Source: an uncultured Gemmataceae bacterium
GTDB lineage: Bacteria > Planctomycetota > Planctomycetia > Gemmatales > Gemmataceae
Direction of reading: 5' to 3'
Assembly: GCA_963750165.1 (NCBI GenBank)
Contig: CAVVPN010000003.1
Location: 3,328,001-3,392,000, forward strand
DNA length: 64,000 nucleotides
Position 1 is the first letter of the stretch. Every line of letters begins with the position of its first letter. The position numbers were made by a program, and so were the translations under genes. Positions 63,862-64,000 of the stretch are shown one piece after another. Under the pieces are notes generated by a model, which saw only the letters and a program-made list of their open reading frames with translations, was not told the origin of the DNA and ran no database searches.

Positions 63862-64000
63862 GGCAACCGGCCCCACCTCCCCGTTGCCGGAAAACGTGCC
63901 GGCGAGTGCTGCCGCTTGCGGCCTGGCAGCCCTGACTGCTTTCGTTACGATGGCAGAGCAGGCTGGGACGACCCGGCCCTGGATGTGTACGAGCAATACC

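Overview
High-GC bacterial DNA, almost certainly Planctomycetota (Gemmataceae-like), judged from lineage-typical genes: DUF1501, a DUF1549/DUF1553 cytochrome c protein, TIGR03000 and TIGR03067 domains, an ECF sigma factor paired with a Ser/Thr kinase-WD40 protein, and a PEP-CTERM protein. About 48 CDS are present, including housekeeping genes (cmk, plsC-like, lpxD, lpxI, ubiE/menG, hemE) and many peptidases/esterases. Highlights: (1) an operon in which a P1B-type ATPase is fused to an HflK-type SPFH domain and followed by hflC-like and hflK-like genes, with no ftsH in the window; (2) a complete ISAzo13-family element (26-bp TIRs, TTA duplication, -1 frameshift site) splitting a HEPN-type gene; (3) an Rpn-like PD-(D/E)XK gene with a probable internal start and 27-bp tandem repeats; (4) an EEP nuclease plus unknown partner in an accessory patch; (5) a dispersed MITE-like family and many distinct REP-like palindromes; (6) a probable DUF885-thioredoxin fusion. 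Six frameshifts all look like 1-2 nt deletions in G/C runs and are probably assembly errors. No rRNA, tRNA or CRISPR array was recognised. Family assignments come from motif recognition, not database searches.
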